Part shown: positions 27,145-38,847 of the stretch, one piece after another
How the letters are laid out: each line of letters opens with the position of its first letter
How positions within the stretch are numbered: position 1 is the stretch's first letter
Assembly (NCBI RefSeq): GCF_964204645.1
Contig: NC_134028.1
Location: 2,728,001 to 2,792,000 of the forward strand
DNA from: Tubulanus polymorphus
Taxonomy: Eukaryota > Animalia > Nemertea
Length of the DNA: 64,000 nt
Reading direction: 5' to 3'
The notes under the pieces: model-generated
The model's input: the letters and a program-made list of their open reading frames with translations, nothing else
Told to the model about the DNA's origin: nothing
Database searches by the model: none
Program-made: the position numbers and the translations under genes

Positions 27145-30100
27145 ATTGTCAGTGTGTTACATCACTGATGACCTCCTTTAATGCTGCTGCTTGCTGCTGG
27201 GTGTTAATTAATGCACTCTGTTAATTTGGGGTGATATTGAGTTAAGGAGTCTTCTCCTTCCTTCTTCAACTGTCATGTAGAAACTTGACAAACAAACTGA
27301 ATTGTCAGTGTGTTACAACACTGATGACCTCCTTTAATACTGCTGCTTGCTGGTGGGTGTTAATCAATACACTGTTTTGGGGTGATATCGAGTTCAGGAG
27401 TCTCCTCCTTCCTTCTTCAACTGTTACGTAGAAACGTGACTAACAAACTGAATTGTCAGTGTGTTACAACACTGATGACCTCCTTTAATACTGCTGCTTG
27501 CTGCTGGGTGTTAATCAATACACTGTTTTGGGGTGATATCGAGTTCAGGAGTCTCCTCCTTCCTTCTTCAACTGTTATGTAGAAACGTGACAAACAAACT
27601 GAATTGTCAGTGTGTTACATCACTGATGACAGCCTTTAATACTGCTGCTTGCTGGTGGTGTTAATTAATACACTCTGTTTTGGGGTGATATTGAGTTAAG
27701 GAGTCTTCTCCTTCCTTCTGCAACTGTCATGTAGAAACGTGACAAACAAACTGAATTGTCAGTGTGTTACATCATTGATGACAGCCTTTAATACTGCTGC
27801 TTGCTGGTGGTGTTAATTGATACACTCTGTTTTGGGGTGATATTGAGTTAAGGAGTCTTCTCCTTCCTTCTGCAACTGTCATGTAGAAACGTGACTAACA
27901 AACTGAATTGTCAGTGTGTTACATCACTGATGACAGCCTTTAATACTGCTGCTTGCTGGTGGTGTTAATTGATACACTCTGTTTTGGGGTGATATTGAGT
28001 TAAGGAGTCTTCTCCTTCCTTCTGCAACTGTCATGTAGAAACGTGACAAACAAACTGAATTGTCAGTATGTTACAACACTGATGACCTCCTTTAATACTG
28101 CTGCTTGCTGGTGGTGCATGTTAATTGATACACTCTGTTTTGGGGTGATATTGAGTTAAGGAGTCTTCTCCTTCCTTCTTCAACTGTTATGTAGAAACGT
28201 GACAAACGAACTGAATTGTCAGTGTGTTACATCACTGATGACAGCCTTTAATACTGCTGCTTGCTGGTGGTGTTAATTGATACACTCTGTTTTGGGGTGA
28301 TATTGAGTTAAGGAGTCTTCTCCTTCCTACTTCAACTGTCATGTAGAAACGTGACAAACAAACTAAATTGTCAGTGTGATACATCACTGATGACCTCCTT
28401 TAATACTGCTGCTTGCTGCTGGGTGTTAATTAGTACACTCTTTAAAAGTTTTAATATTCAAAGTAGCTATCCATCGATAGCTTTGTGGTGGTTGTATCAT
28501 TTAAATGTCGCTGGTGTTGGTTCAGTGTATATATTGTGATATATGTTGGTGAATTGGGATTGATTTTAATGTTTCCTGATCGTCCTTATTGCGACTTTAC
28601 GTTTTAAATGTATAAATATTCAAAGCAGCTATCCATCGATAGCTTTGTGGTGGTTGTATCATTTAAATGTCGCTGGTGTTGGTTCAGTGTATAAATTGTA
28701 ATATATGTTGGTGAAATTCGATCAATTCTTATGTTCAAATCAGCTATCCATCGATAGCTTTTGTGTTGGTTGTATCATTTAAATGTCGCTGGTGTTGGTT
28801 CAGTGTATAAATTGTAATATATGTTGGTGAATTGGGATTGATTTTAATGTTTCCTGATCGTCCTTATTGCGACTTTACGTTTTAAATGTATAAATATTCA
28901 AAGCAGCTATCCATCGATAGCTTTGTGGTGGTTGTATCATTTAAATGTCGCTGGTGTTGGTTCAGTGTATAAATTGTAATATATGTTGGTGAAATTTGAT
29001 CAATTCTTATGTTCAAATCAGCTATCCATCGATAGCTTTTGTGTTGGTTGTATCATTTAAATGTCGCTGGTGTTGGTTCAGTGTATAAATTGTAATATAT
29101 GTTGGTGAATTGGGATTGATTTTAATGTTTCCTGATCGTCCTTATTGCGACTTTACGTTTTAAATGTATGAATATTCTTAGCAGCTATCCATCGATAGCT
29201 TTGTGGTTGTATCATTGAAATGTCGCTGGTGTTGGTTCTCAGTATATATTGTATCAGCAAATTATTATCGTATTACACACTTTAAAAGTGTTATATTAAA
29301 AAATGCTATCGCTTGATAGCTTCACTTTCGTTCTTTGCACCTGAAGGTTGATAACTGTCATGTAGAAACGTGACAAACGAACTGAATTGTCAGTGTGTTA
29401 CAACACTGATGACCTCCTTTAATACTGCTGCTTGCTGCTGGGTGTTAATTAATACACTCTGTTTTGGGGTGATATTGAGTGCAGGAGTCTCCTCCTTCCG
29501 TCTTCAACTGTTACGTAGAAACGTGACTAACAAACTGAATTGTCAGTGTGTTACAACACTGATGACCTCCTTTAATACTGCTGCTTGCTGCTGGGTGTTA
29601 ATTAATACACTCTGTTTTGGGGTGATATTGAGTTAAGGAGTCTTCTCCTTCCTTCTTCAACTGTCACGTAGAAACGTGACTAACAAACTGAATTGTCAGT
29701 GTGTTACAACACTGATGGCCACCTTTAATACTGCTGCTTGCCGGTGCATGTTAATTAATACACTCTATTTTGGGGTGATATTGAGTTAAGGAGTCTCCTC
29801 CTTCCTTCTGCAACTGTCATGTAGAAACGTAACAAACAAACTGAATTGTCAGTGTGTTACAACATTGATGGCCTCCTTTAATACTGTTGCTTGCCGGTGC
29901 ATGTTAATTAATACACTCTATTTTGGGGTGATATTGAGTTAAGGAGTCTCCTCCTTCCTTCTGCAACTGTCATGTAGAAACGTAACAAACAAACTGAATT
30001 GTCAGTGTGTTACAACATTGATAGCCTCCTTTAATACTGCTGCTTGCTGCTGGGTGTTAATTCTTACCTCCTTACCTTAACTTCTTGAATTATAATATTA

Positions 30101-32250
30101 AACATTATTACAATATAAATTATTACATTAAACATTATTACAATATAAATTATTACATTAAACATTATTACATCATGAATTATTACATAATTACATAATC
30201 AAATTACACATGGCCATCTAAAAAACTGGCAAGTTCCTTCTTTATGTTAATTAATACACTCTATTTTGGGGTGATATTGAGTTCAGGAGGCTCCTCCTTC
30301 CTTCTGCAACTGTCATGTAGAAACGTGGCAAACAAACTGAATTGTCAGTGTGTTACAACACTGAGGACCTCCTTTAATACTGCTGCTTGCTGCTGGGTGT
30401 TAATTAATACACTCTGTTTTGGGGTGATATTGAGTTAAGGAGTCTTCTCCTTCCTTCTGCAACTGTCATGTAGAAACGTGGCAAACAAACTGAATTGTCA
30501 GTGTGTTACAACACTGATGGCCTCCTTTAATACTGCTGCTTGCTGCTGCGAGTTAATTCTTACCTCCTTCCCTTAACTTCTTGAGTTATTACATTAAACA
30601 TTATTACAATATAAATCATTACATTAAACATTATTACAATTAAAATTATTACATTAAACATTATTACAATATGAATTATTACATTCTGAAATCAGATTGA
30701 TTGAAATTCCTTGTTTAGTGTTCAAAAACACTGAAATTGGGTTAATTACTACGGAATCATTTGGTGGTGATGAAAGTTAAGTGTTGCAAAACACTGTGGG
30801 TGAATTACTGCTAAATCAATTGGTGATGATGAAAGTTAAGTGTTACAAAACACTGATACACTCTGTTTTGGGGTGATATTGAGTTCAGGAGTCTTTTCCT
30901 TCCTTCTTCAACTGTCATGTAGAAACGTGACAAACAAACTGAATTGTCAGTGTGTTACAACACTGAGGACCTCCTTTAATACTTCTGCTTGCTGCTGGGT
31001 GTTAATTAATACACTCTGTTTTGGGGTGATATTGAGTTAAGGAGTCTTCTCCTTCCTTCTTCAAATGTCACGTAGAAACGTGACTAACAAACTGAATTGT
31101 CAGTGTGTTACAACACTGATGACCTCCTTTAATACTGCTGCTTGCTGCTGGGTGTTAATTAATACACTCTGTTTTGGGGTGATATTGAGTTAAGGAGTCT
31201 TCTCCTTCCTTCTTCAACTGTCATGTAGAAACGTGACAAACAAACTGAATTGTCAGTATGTTACAACACTGATGACCTCCTTTAATACTGCTGCTTGCTG
31301 CTGGGTGTTAATTAATACACTCTGTTTTGGGGTGATATTGAGTTAAGGAGTCTTCTCCTTCCTTCTTCAACTGTCATGTAGAAACGTGACAAACAAACTG
31401 AATTGTCAGTGTGTTACATCACTGATGACCTCCTTTAATACTGCAGGTTGCTGGTGCGTGTTAATAAATACACTCTGTTTTGGGGTGATATTGAGTGCAG
31501 GAGTCTCCTCCTTCCTTCTTCGACTGTTACGTAGAAACGTGACAAACAAACTGAATTGTCAGTGTGTTACAACACTGAGGACCTCCTTTAATACTTCTGC
31601 TTGCTGCTGGGTGTTAATTAATACACTCTGTTTTGGGGTGATATTGAGTTAAGGAGTCTTCTCCTTCCTTCTTCAACTGTCACGTAGAAACGTGACTAAC
31701 AAACTGAATTGTCAGTGTGTTACAACACTGATGACCTCCTTTAATACTGCTGCTTGCTGCTGGGTGTTAATTGATACACTCTGTTTTGGGGTGATATTGA
31801 GTTAAGGAGTCTTCTCCTTCCTTCTTCAACTGTCATGTAGAAACGTGACAAACAAACTGAATTGTCAGTGTGTTACATCATTGATGACAGCCTTTAATAC
31901 TGCTGGTTGCTGGTGCGTGTTAATTAACACACTCTGTTTTGGGGTGATATTGAGTTCAGGAGTCTCCTCCTTCCGTCTTCAACTGTTACGTAGAAACGTG
32001 ACTAACAAACTGAATTGTCAGTGTGTTACAACACTGATGACCTCCTTTAATACTGCTGCTTGCTGCTGGGTGTTAATTAATACACTCTGTTTTGGGGTGA
32101 TATGGAGTTAAGGAGTCTTCTTCAACTGTCATGTAGAAACGTGACAAACAAACTGAATTGTCAGTGTGTTACATCACTGATGACAGCCTTTAATACTGCT
32201 GCTTGCTGGTGGTGTTAATTAAAACACTCTGTTTTGGGGTGATATTGAGT
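27145..32250. repeat. ~153-bp satellite in four blocks (27145-28440, 29352-30060, 30243-30560, 30855-32250)
   Basis: Unit AATTGTCAGTGTGTTACAACACTGATGACCTCCTTTAATACTGCTGCTTGCTGCTGGGTGTTAATTAATACACTCTGTTTTGGGGTGATATTGAGTTAAGGAGTCTTCTCCTTCCTTCTTCAACTGTCATGTAGAAACGTGACAAACAAACTG. Interrupted by other repeats. Confidence 0.96.
28455..29240. repeat. 162/115-bp alternating satellite, block 1
   Basis: Hairpin core AGCTATC-CATC-GATAGCT at 28465, 28627, 28742, 28905, 29020 and 29183. Confidence 0.93.
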
Positions 32251-32269
32251 TTTGGTGAGTTTTGCTTTC

Positions 32270-33100
32270 TGTGATCTCCCTTATTGCGACTTACGTTTTA
32301 AATGTATGAATATTCAAAGCAGCTATCCATCGATAGCTTTGTGGTGGTTGTATCATTGATATGTCGCTGGTGTTGGTACTGTGTATATATTGTAATATAT
32401 GTCGGTGAATTGGGATTGATTTTTATGTGTCCTGGTCATCCTTATTGCGACTTTACGTTTTAAATGTATGAATATTCAAAGTAGCTATCCATCGATAGCT
32501 TTGTGGTGGTTGTATCATTGAAATGTCGCTGGTGTTGGTTCAGTGTATAAATTGTAATATATGTTGGTGAATTTCGATTAATTCTTATGTTCAAAGCAGC
32601 TATCCATCGATAGCTTTGTGGTGGTTGTATCATTGAAATGTCGCTGGTGTTGGTTCAGTGTATAAATTGTAATATATGTTGGTGAATTCCGATTAATTCT
32701 TATGTTCAAAGCAGCTATCCATCGATAGCTTTGTGGTGGTTGTATCATTGAAATGTCGCTGGTGTTGGTTCAGTGTATATATTGTGATATATGTTGGTGA
32801 ATTGGGATTGATTCTTATGTTTTCTGATCTCCCATTATCGCGACTTAACGTTTTAAATGTAAAAATATCCAAAGCAGCTATCCATCGATAGCTTTGTGGT
32901 GGTTGTATCATTGAAATGTCGCTGGTGTTGGTACTGTGTATATATTGTGATATATGTTGGTGAATTGGGATTGATTTTTATGTTTTCTGATCGTCCTTAT
33001 TGCGACTTAACGTTTAAAATGTATAAATATTCTTAGCAGCTATCCATCGATAGCTTTGTGTTGGTTGTATCATTGAAATGTTGTCGATGTTGGTACTGTG
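32270..33100. repeat. 162/115-bp satellite, block 2
   Basis: Same core at 32321, 32483, 32598, 32713, 32876 and 33038. Confidence 0.93.
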
Positions 33101-33339
33101 TATAGATGGTATCAGCGACTTATTATCATATAACGGAGTTGCGTTTTAAGATTGTTATATTCAAAGATGCTATTGCTTGATAGCCTTCCTTTGGTTCTTT
33201 GCACCTGCAGATTGTCAGGTGTTATTGAAAAATACTAATAGTAGGTTGAATTAAGTTACTGCTTCCATTAGGCAGTCAAAGAAATTGTGCTAAATGACGG
33301 ATTGGGTTAGATTACATTGCATTTCTTCTTTGCTGACTG

Positions 33340-33540
33340 AGTGACCCTTTTTTCTTGTGGACGCCACCAAGTTTTACCACAAGAATTCTGGTCCATGCTA
33401 TCAAAGCTGAATATCATTCAAGTCTTTGGGATTACACCCCCTTGAACTACTGTCAGCTGGATTCTCCTTTCTGGATACATGTTTACTGATACTAATTCTG
33501 TATCATTTTCTTCTTGTATAAGTTTTCTCAATCAATTTTT
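33340..33540 (-). mobile_element. BEL/Pao LTR-retrotransposon pol fragment (end of RNase H), pseudogenised
   Basis: Minus strand reads KHVSRKENPADSSSRGCNPKDLNDIQL**HGPEFLW, matching the BEL/Pao NPADxxSRG...LWWxGPxFL motif with both Trp codons turned into stops. Confidence 0.8.
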
Positions 33541-33835
33541 AGGTATAAAAGAATAATAGGTAGAAAAGAATTATAATTTTAAAAGAATGATGTGAAATTA
33601 TTATATAATTTCCTATGAACTTCACATGTCAATGAAGAAACAGAATGGGAATTACTGCTGCAAGTTGATTACTACATTCTGTTCTAATTATGAACTTGAA
33701 TGAGTCACAGTATTTTATCAATGCTGATAAACTCTAAACCTGAGTTAATAAAACTTCAAAACATTGGAGCCAATTCTTGTCCATTATAGCCTATAAAGTG
33801 AAGATCGATCATCATAAACACCGGTGAAAACAATT

Positions 33836-33965
33836 GACGTCTCACTTTGCACCTGACGTCTCACTTTGTACCTGACGTCTCACTTTGTACCTGACGTCTC
33901 ACTTTGCACCTGACGTCTCACTTTGTACCCGACGTCTCAATTTGTTCCTGACGTCTCACTTTGCA
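33836..33965. repeat. 19-bp tandem repeat (~7 copies), each with a CRE-like TGACGTC core
   Basis: Unit TGACGTCTCACTTTG(C/T)ACC. CTCACTTTG recurs at 33841 and 33860. Confidence 0.92.
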
Positions 33966-34048
33966 CTGATGCATCCATGCACTAACGCACTTGCATGAAA
34001 TGGCACTAAATACATAAAGACACACAAATTGTGTTTATGTATTTTTCA

Positions 34049-36330
34049 GGGGATACACATGCACACCCGCGGGTCCATGCGCATGATCGGCATGTAGAGT
34101 GCTATCTATCTTTGTTTGTGTGTGGATATAATTTGTGATAATGTTTAAGTGTTTGTCATTGAAAAGCTTTAATTCTACAAACAATCTTAAATACCTAATT
34201 TGTAGACAAAAATATATAAGGTTAATGAATCAATTAATTGTAAAATGGTAAAAATGAATTGTGAAAAAAAATCAATGCCTGAATATAATGTAAAAATATA
34301 GTGAAGATTAAGTCGCAGTGATTATATAGAGATTAGAGCGTCAGATCAGCCAGATCAGTTGTACTGAGTTATCTCCCTCAAAGTACTGAGTTATCTCCCT
34401 CAAAGTCAGGAACAAAGTGACATGAGTCACTTAGAAAGTTAACAGTTCCAGAGGAATGTCGAATCATTAGTCTGAACTGACTTTAAATCAGGTATGATAT
34501 TGAAATTGTATAAATCAATTTTCAAAGTGTTAAAATTGAAAATTATTCATATTTTGTGTTTTCTTGTAGCAAATATTGAGTGGTTTACCACAGAACTGAG
34601 TCACCAGAGATGAGGCAATCACCAGGCATCAGTTAGATGAATGTCACCACTGAGATCAGGAGTACTGATTCATCTCCGTCAAAATCAGCAAAAAAGTCGC
34701 GAGAAGGTTAACAGTTCCAGTGGAACGTCGAGTCATTAGTCTGAACTGACTATAAATCAGGTATATATTAAGGTAGATAAAACATGGATTTCTTGTTGTA
34801 GGAAAAGTCTCAAACATTATGATGGTCTGTTACGTGTTTTCTTGTAGCAAATCATTAGACATGCAATACCAGAGGAAGGATGAGTCATTGAACTGACTGT
34901 AAATCAAAGTCTCAAAATCTAAAACTTCATATTTTGTGTTTTCTTGTAGCAAATATTGAGATGTTTACCACAGAACTGAGTGTCACCAGAGATGAGACAA
35001 TCACCAGTGAGAACAGTACAGAATAATGTCTCTCAGGGCGTCACCAGTGAGATAAGTGCATCGCTAGTGAGATGAGATCAGTGGTGCTGTGCTATGCCTC
35101 TAACGAAGTAACAATTAAGAGTCACATGTTAACAGTTCCAGAGGAATGTCGAGTCATTAGTCTGAACTGACTATAATTCAGGTATAATATTGAAATTATA
35201 TAAATCAATTTTCAGATCTCAAAAATTGAAAATTGCCGGTATTCATATGTATTTTGTGTTTTCTTGTAGCAAATATTGAGAGGTCCACAGAACTGAGTCA
35301 CCAGAGATGCGACAATCACCAGGCATCAGTTAGTTGAATGTCACCGCTGAGATCAGTAGTACTGCCTCAGCTACAAAGTAGAGTCACAAAGTTAACAGTT
35401 GCAAAGGAAGGTGGAGTCATAAGTCTGAACTGACTTTAAATCAGGTATAACTTTGAAATTACATGAATCAATTTTCAAATCTCACATTATTCAAAAATTA
35501 TTCATATTTTGAGTTTTCGTTTTGTGTGTAGGAAATATCTAGAGATGTTATGTTACTAAGAGATGGAAAAATACCTTCAGGGATTCACATAATATACTTC
35601 ATAAGTTGAAAGAATGAAAGAATGGATGAGTCATGAACCTGAACAGACTATAAATCAGGTATATTGTAATCGAAAAATGACTAATGTGTCAATGTTTTAT
35701 TGATTGTTGAAAATATCCTTTAATGTTTGTTTGTTTTGTCTTGTAGGTGAAAATGTGTGAAACGTCTAATTTAACTCGATGTTGACTTCAATAATCAGTT
35801 GGCGCCTGTGATCGTTTGAGAACTCTAATGCATTCCTGGAACTTGGACAACTCTAATGCGTTGCTGGAACTTGGACAACTCTAATGCGTTGCTGGAACTT
35901 GAAGAACTCTAATGCGTTGCTGGAACTTGGTGAACTCTAATGCGTTGCTGGAACTTGGTGAACTCTAATGCGTTGCTGGAACTTGGTGAACTCTAATGCG
36001 TTGCTGGAACTTGAAGAACTCTAATGCGTTGCTGGAACTTGGTGAACTCTAATGCGTTGCTGGAACTTGGTGAACTCTAATGCGTTGCTTGAACTTGAAG
36101 AACTCTAATGCATTGCTGGAACTTTGACAACTCTAATGCGTTGCTGGAACTTGGAAAACTCTAATGCGTTGCAGGAACTTAGACAACTCAAATGCATTGC
36201 TTGAACTTGGAGAACTCAAATGCGTTACTGGAACTTGGAGATTTCTTATGTGTGGGCAACTGACCCTGTGTATGAATATGTGTGTGATCAATTCGAGATT
36301 TATTTTGATTTTAATAAAACAAGTTAGAAT
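34049..36330 (+). ncRNA. Putative spliced long non-coding transcript made of repeated exon-intron cassettes
   Basis: Five TCAG|GTAT donors (exon ends 34491, 34760, 35181, 35444, 35658) and six pyrimidine-rich TGTAG| acceptors (exon starts 34570, 34848, 34950, 35270, 35532, 35747). Introns are 78-88 nt, like the short CCZ1 introns. No long ORF. AATAAA at 36313. The 5' boundary is uncertain and transcription is not shown. Confidence 0.45.
35821..36240. repeat. 28-bp minisatellite (~15 copies)
   Basis: Unit AACTCTAATGCGTTGCTGGAACTTG(GTG/AAG/GAC), recurring at 35961 and 35989. Confidence 0.96.
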
Positions 36331-36824
36331 ATCTTTGATCGTTTCTAAAGAATCGTTGATGTAGTTTTGAGGTGGAACTGAAATGCAGCATTCAGTTCTG
36401 TAGTGTGTTTGAACTTGACATGACATGATGACTGACCTTGATTTCTTCGTGTAGACTTCTGTCCGTGTTTGTTAATTACACTGCGTTTTAACTCGTTTTT
36501 GTAAATACATATCGATTTCTATGAAATGACATGAGAATTTGTAGAGGAGCTGTATTCTCAACTTGATGAAGAATAGTAAAAACGAGGTGGAAAGCACTTG
36601 ACCAGTTTTATCTTGTCTTATTTGTTACATCGGTAGATATATTGATTTTGTTGTGCTTAATTGATTTAAAGGGCTTGTGATTGGTGTTTGATAATTGGTT
36701 GACCTCTTTGTTTACTTATATACATACATTAAATACGTATTAAACTATTAATCGCAACGACTAAAACCTGTTTGTGGTTTAAGTTGTTCATTACAAATTG
36801 TTTGTGTTATTTTTCTGTGATCTA

Positions 36825-37140
36825 CAGTGGACTCGGCTCTTTTAACTCTTATCAAACTAATCAAGTATAGTATCGCATTGACTCAGACACTTTTAAACTC
36901 TTTGAAATATTCTATTGTCTACAGTCAATCACCTGTACTCGTTTTAATTGATTTAGTTAGAAGAACTCGGTCTACCCATGCACATTTAAACTTGATCGTC
37001 CAGATTATATTTTCCAGTTTATACTAACACATTAAGTGTAATGATAGATAATTACAGCAAACCTAACTCGGGTTTTCACTTCAACTCGAGCCGATCTAGC
37101 GGGTCTCAGTTAATCCAAGTAAGGGCGAGCCGGTTCACTG
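36825..37140. mobile_element. Possible Tc1/mariner-type MITE
   Basis: TA|CAGTGGACTCGGCTC at the left and GAGCCGGTTCACTG at the right (imperfect TIR). The right-hand TA is not preserved. Confidence 0.35.
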
Positions 37141-37189
37141 GAGTGTCTGTCACCTTACCCCTTAAATAGGTTAACTCAATTCTGAAATC

Positions 37190-37620
37190 TAGATATTACC
37201 ATCTTCTGAATATTTCATTGGTCCGTAATAATCTCGGCGAATCCGCAGCAAAAACACTAACCCAGTCTCTCGTTCAAGTTCGGATTGTTGTAACAGTCTT
37301 CTTGCTGATATACCTACGCAAGACTCCCAGCGTCTCCAAAACTCTTGTGCCCGACCAATCACTAGAACTAGATATTTTGATCATATTTCACCAGCTCTTA
37401 TACAACTTCACTGGCTCCCTGTTCGTGCACGGAATGACTTTTAAGTTACTGCTGTTAACCTTTAAATCGTTGACTGGACTAACTCCGAAGTACCTTGTTG
37501 AACTTTTGGACACATACAAACCTGTTTCATCGTCAATATCCGCTGAAATTCGTGCGTCCAACATACAAAGACCTTGAATGTAATCACCCAAGTCATTCAT
37601 GGTCACATCTTTACATAACT
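37190..37620 (+). mobile_element. L2-clade LINE 3' ORF2 fragment
   Basis: Across frames it reads YYHLLNISLVRNNL, AKTLTQSLV, DCCNSLL, QRLQNSCAR, DHISPALIQLHWLPV and FKLLLLTFKSLTGLTPKYL, the typical L2 post-RT C-terminus. Confidence 0.88.
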
Positions 37621-37701
37621 GTGGATACAGAGACCACTGGCTCTCACATGATCGTGTAGTTGGAACGCATCCTTTTCAAAAGTATCAATAATGACAAGCT
37701 G

Positions 37702-37830
37702 GGTCCAGTTTCACGAAAAAGTTTAAGCCTAAAACGGTTAAGTTTGAATTGTTGTCCTCATTGAAAACATGAAGTAACCAATGGCAATTACACCAAAAAT
37801 TTGAGTTTAAGTTTTTCGTGAAACCGGGCC
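37702..37830. mobile_element. PIF/Harbinger-type MITE (129 bp)
   Basis: TIRs GGTCCAGTTTCACGAAAAA and TTTTTCGTGAAACCGGGCC, flanked by a CTG...CTG target-site duplication (CWG). Confidence 0.8.
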
Positions 37831-38847
37831 CTGGACGGCATTAATCGGGGCGTTCATTTATGTGTATTACACTCGCTGTATCAGCGTTCGCGGCTCTCAA
37901 CCTACAAACGTCATATAGCCTACCGGAACCCGCCACCTTTACGATTTTACATCTACATGATCAAATCGATTTCTGACACCGTTTTCGCATTTTCATTCGT
38001 GTATCTGTAGTGTTTCAACGAATTTTTTCAGCATACCCGGGGACCTCGGGGGTTAAAATGGATCTTTGAACATATGAAAGATTTTGATATATTGATATTT
38101 TGCCACGTATGTCATTCATTTATTTCAACTCATAAACTTTTGGAGGATTTAATTAAAGAAATAGTCGTTAAGCCTTCGAATGATCACACATGCGATCGCG
38201 GCCCGCCCCGCTCGTTCCTGAAACGGAAAATTAGTATATATTCTACGATGATGAATGATCGAAAATTAAAGATGAAATCTTAATAATTCGATTCTTTCAA
38301 AGAAATGCATTGGAAAATGTGGTTTGGAAATAAACTGAAATGTTTATTACCGGGTGCTCGCATGTTGCCTAGTTTCTGGAAAACTACTGTGATCGTTGTG
38401 ATTGTTGTACTGGCCACAAAAGCACACAGATCACACTACCCCAACACCAAACTATACCCACAGCTTTAAACCATCATATTACTCTAGTGTGTTTCTCCGG
38501 GTGCGAGGGTTTCAGTTCGATGCTTTACCACACCAAACACTTTCTCTAAAAGGCGGGTGCGTTACTTCTGAAAGAAAATGAAAGCATTTTATGAAGACCA
38601 ACGTTATTTACGTTTTAGATTTAAATGCCTTCCTAAAATAAATTTAGTAAAACAATGCGGAGTAAATAAGACTTGTAATGTTGCTGTCTTGCGTGAAACA
38701 TTTCGAAAAACAACCCATGTCTACACGGGGATCAAAACCGGGACACCCCTGTTCATCCTCTATTCAGCATCAGAACCACTCTGAAAACTTAGGCAGTAAT
38801 TTCAGGGTTCGAACTCGGGACATTTGCCTAGTTTGTCAATGATGCTA

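Noticed and set aside
25266-32111. Families of 60-88 aa ORFs in the 94-bp and 153-bp arrays
   Set aside because: They are satellite translations with recurrent stops, and 94 is not a multiple of 3.
11925-33100. Centromere core
   Set aside because: Each array is only ~1-5 kb, heterogeneous and close to housekeeping genes. Monomer length alone is not evidence.
34492-35746. snoRNA-host-gene interpretation of the cassette unit
   Set aside because: Introns are only 78-88 nt, AT-rich and show no convincing C/D or H/ACA box arrangement.
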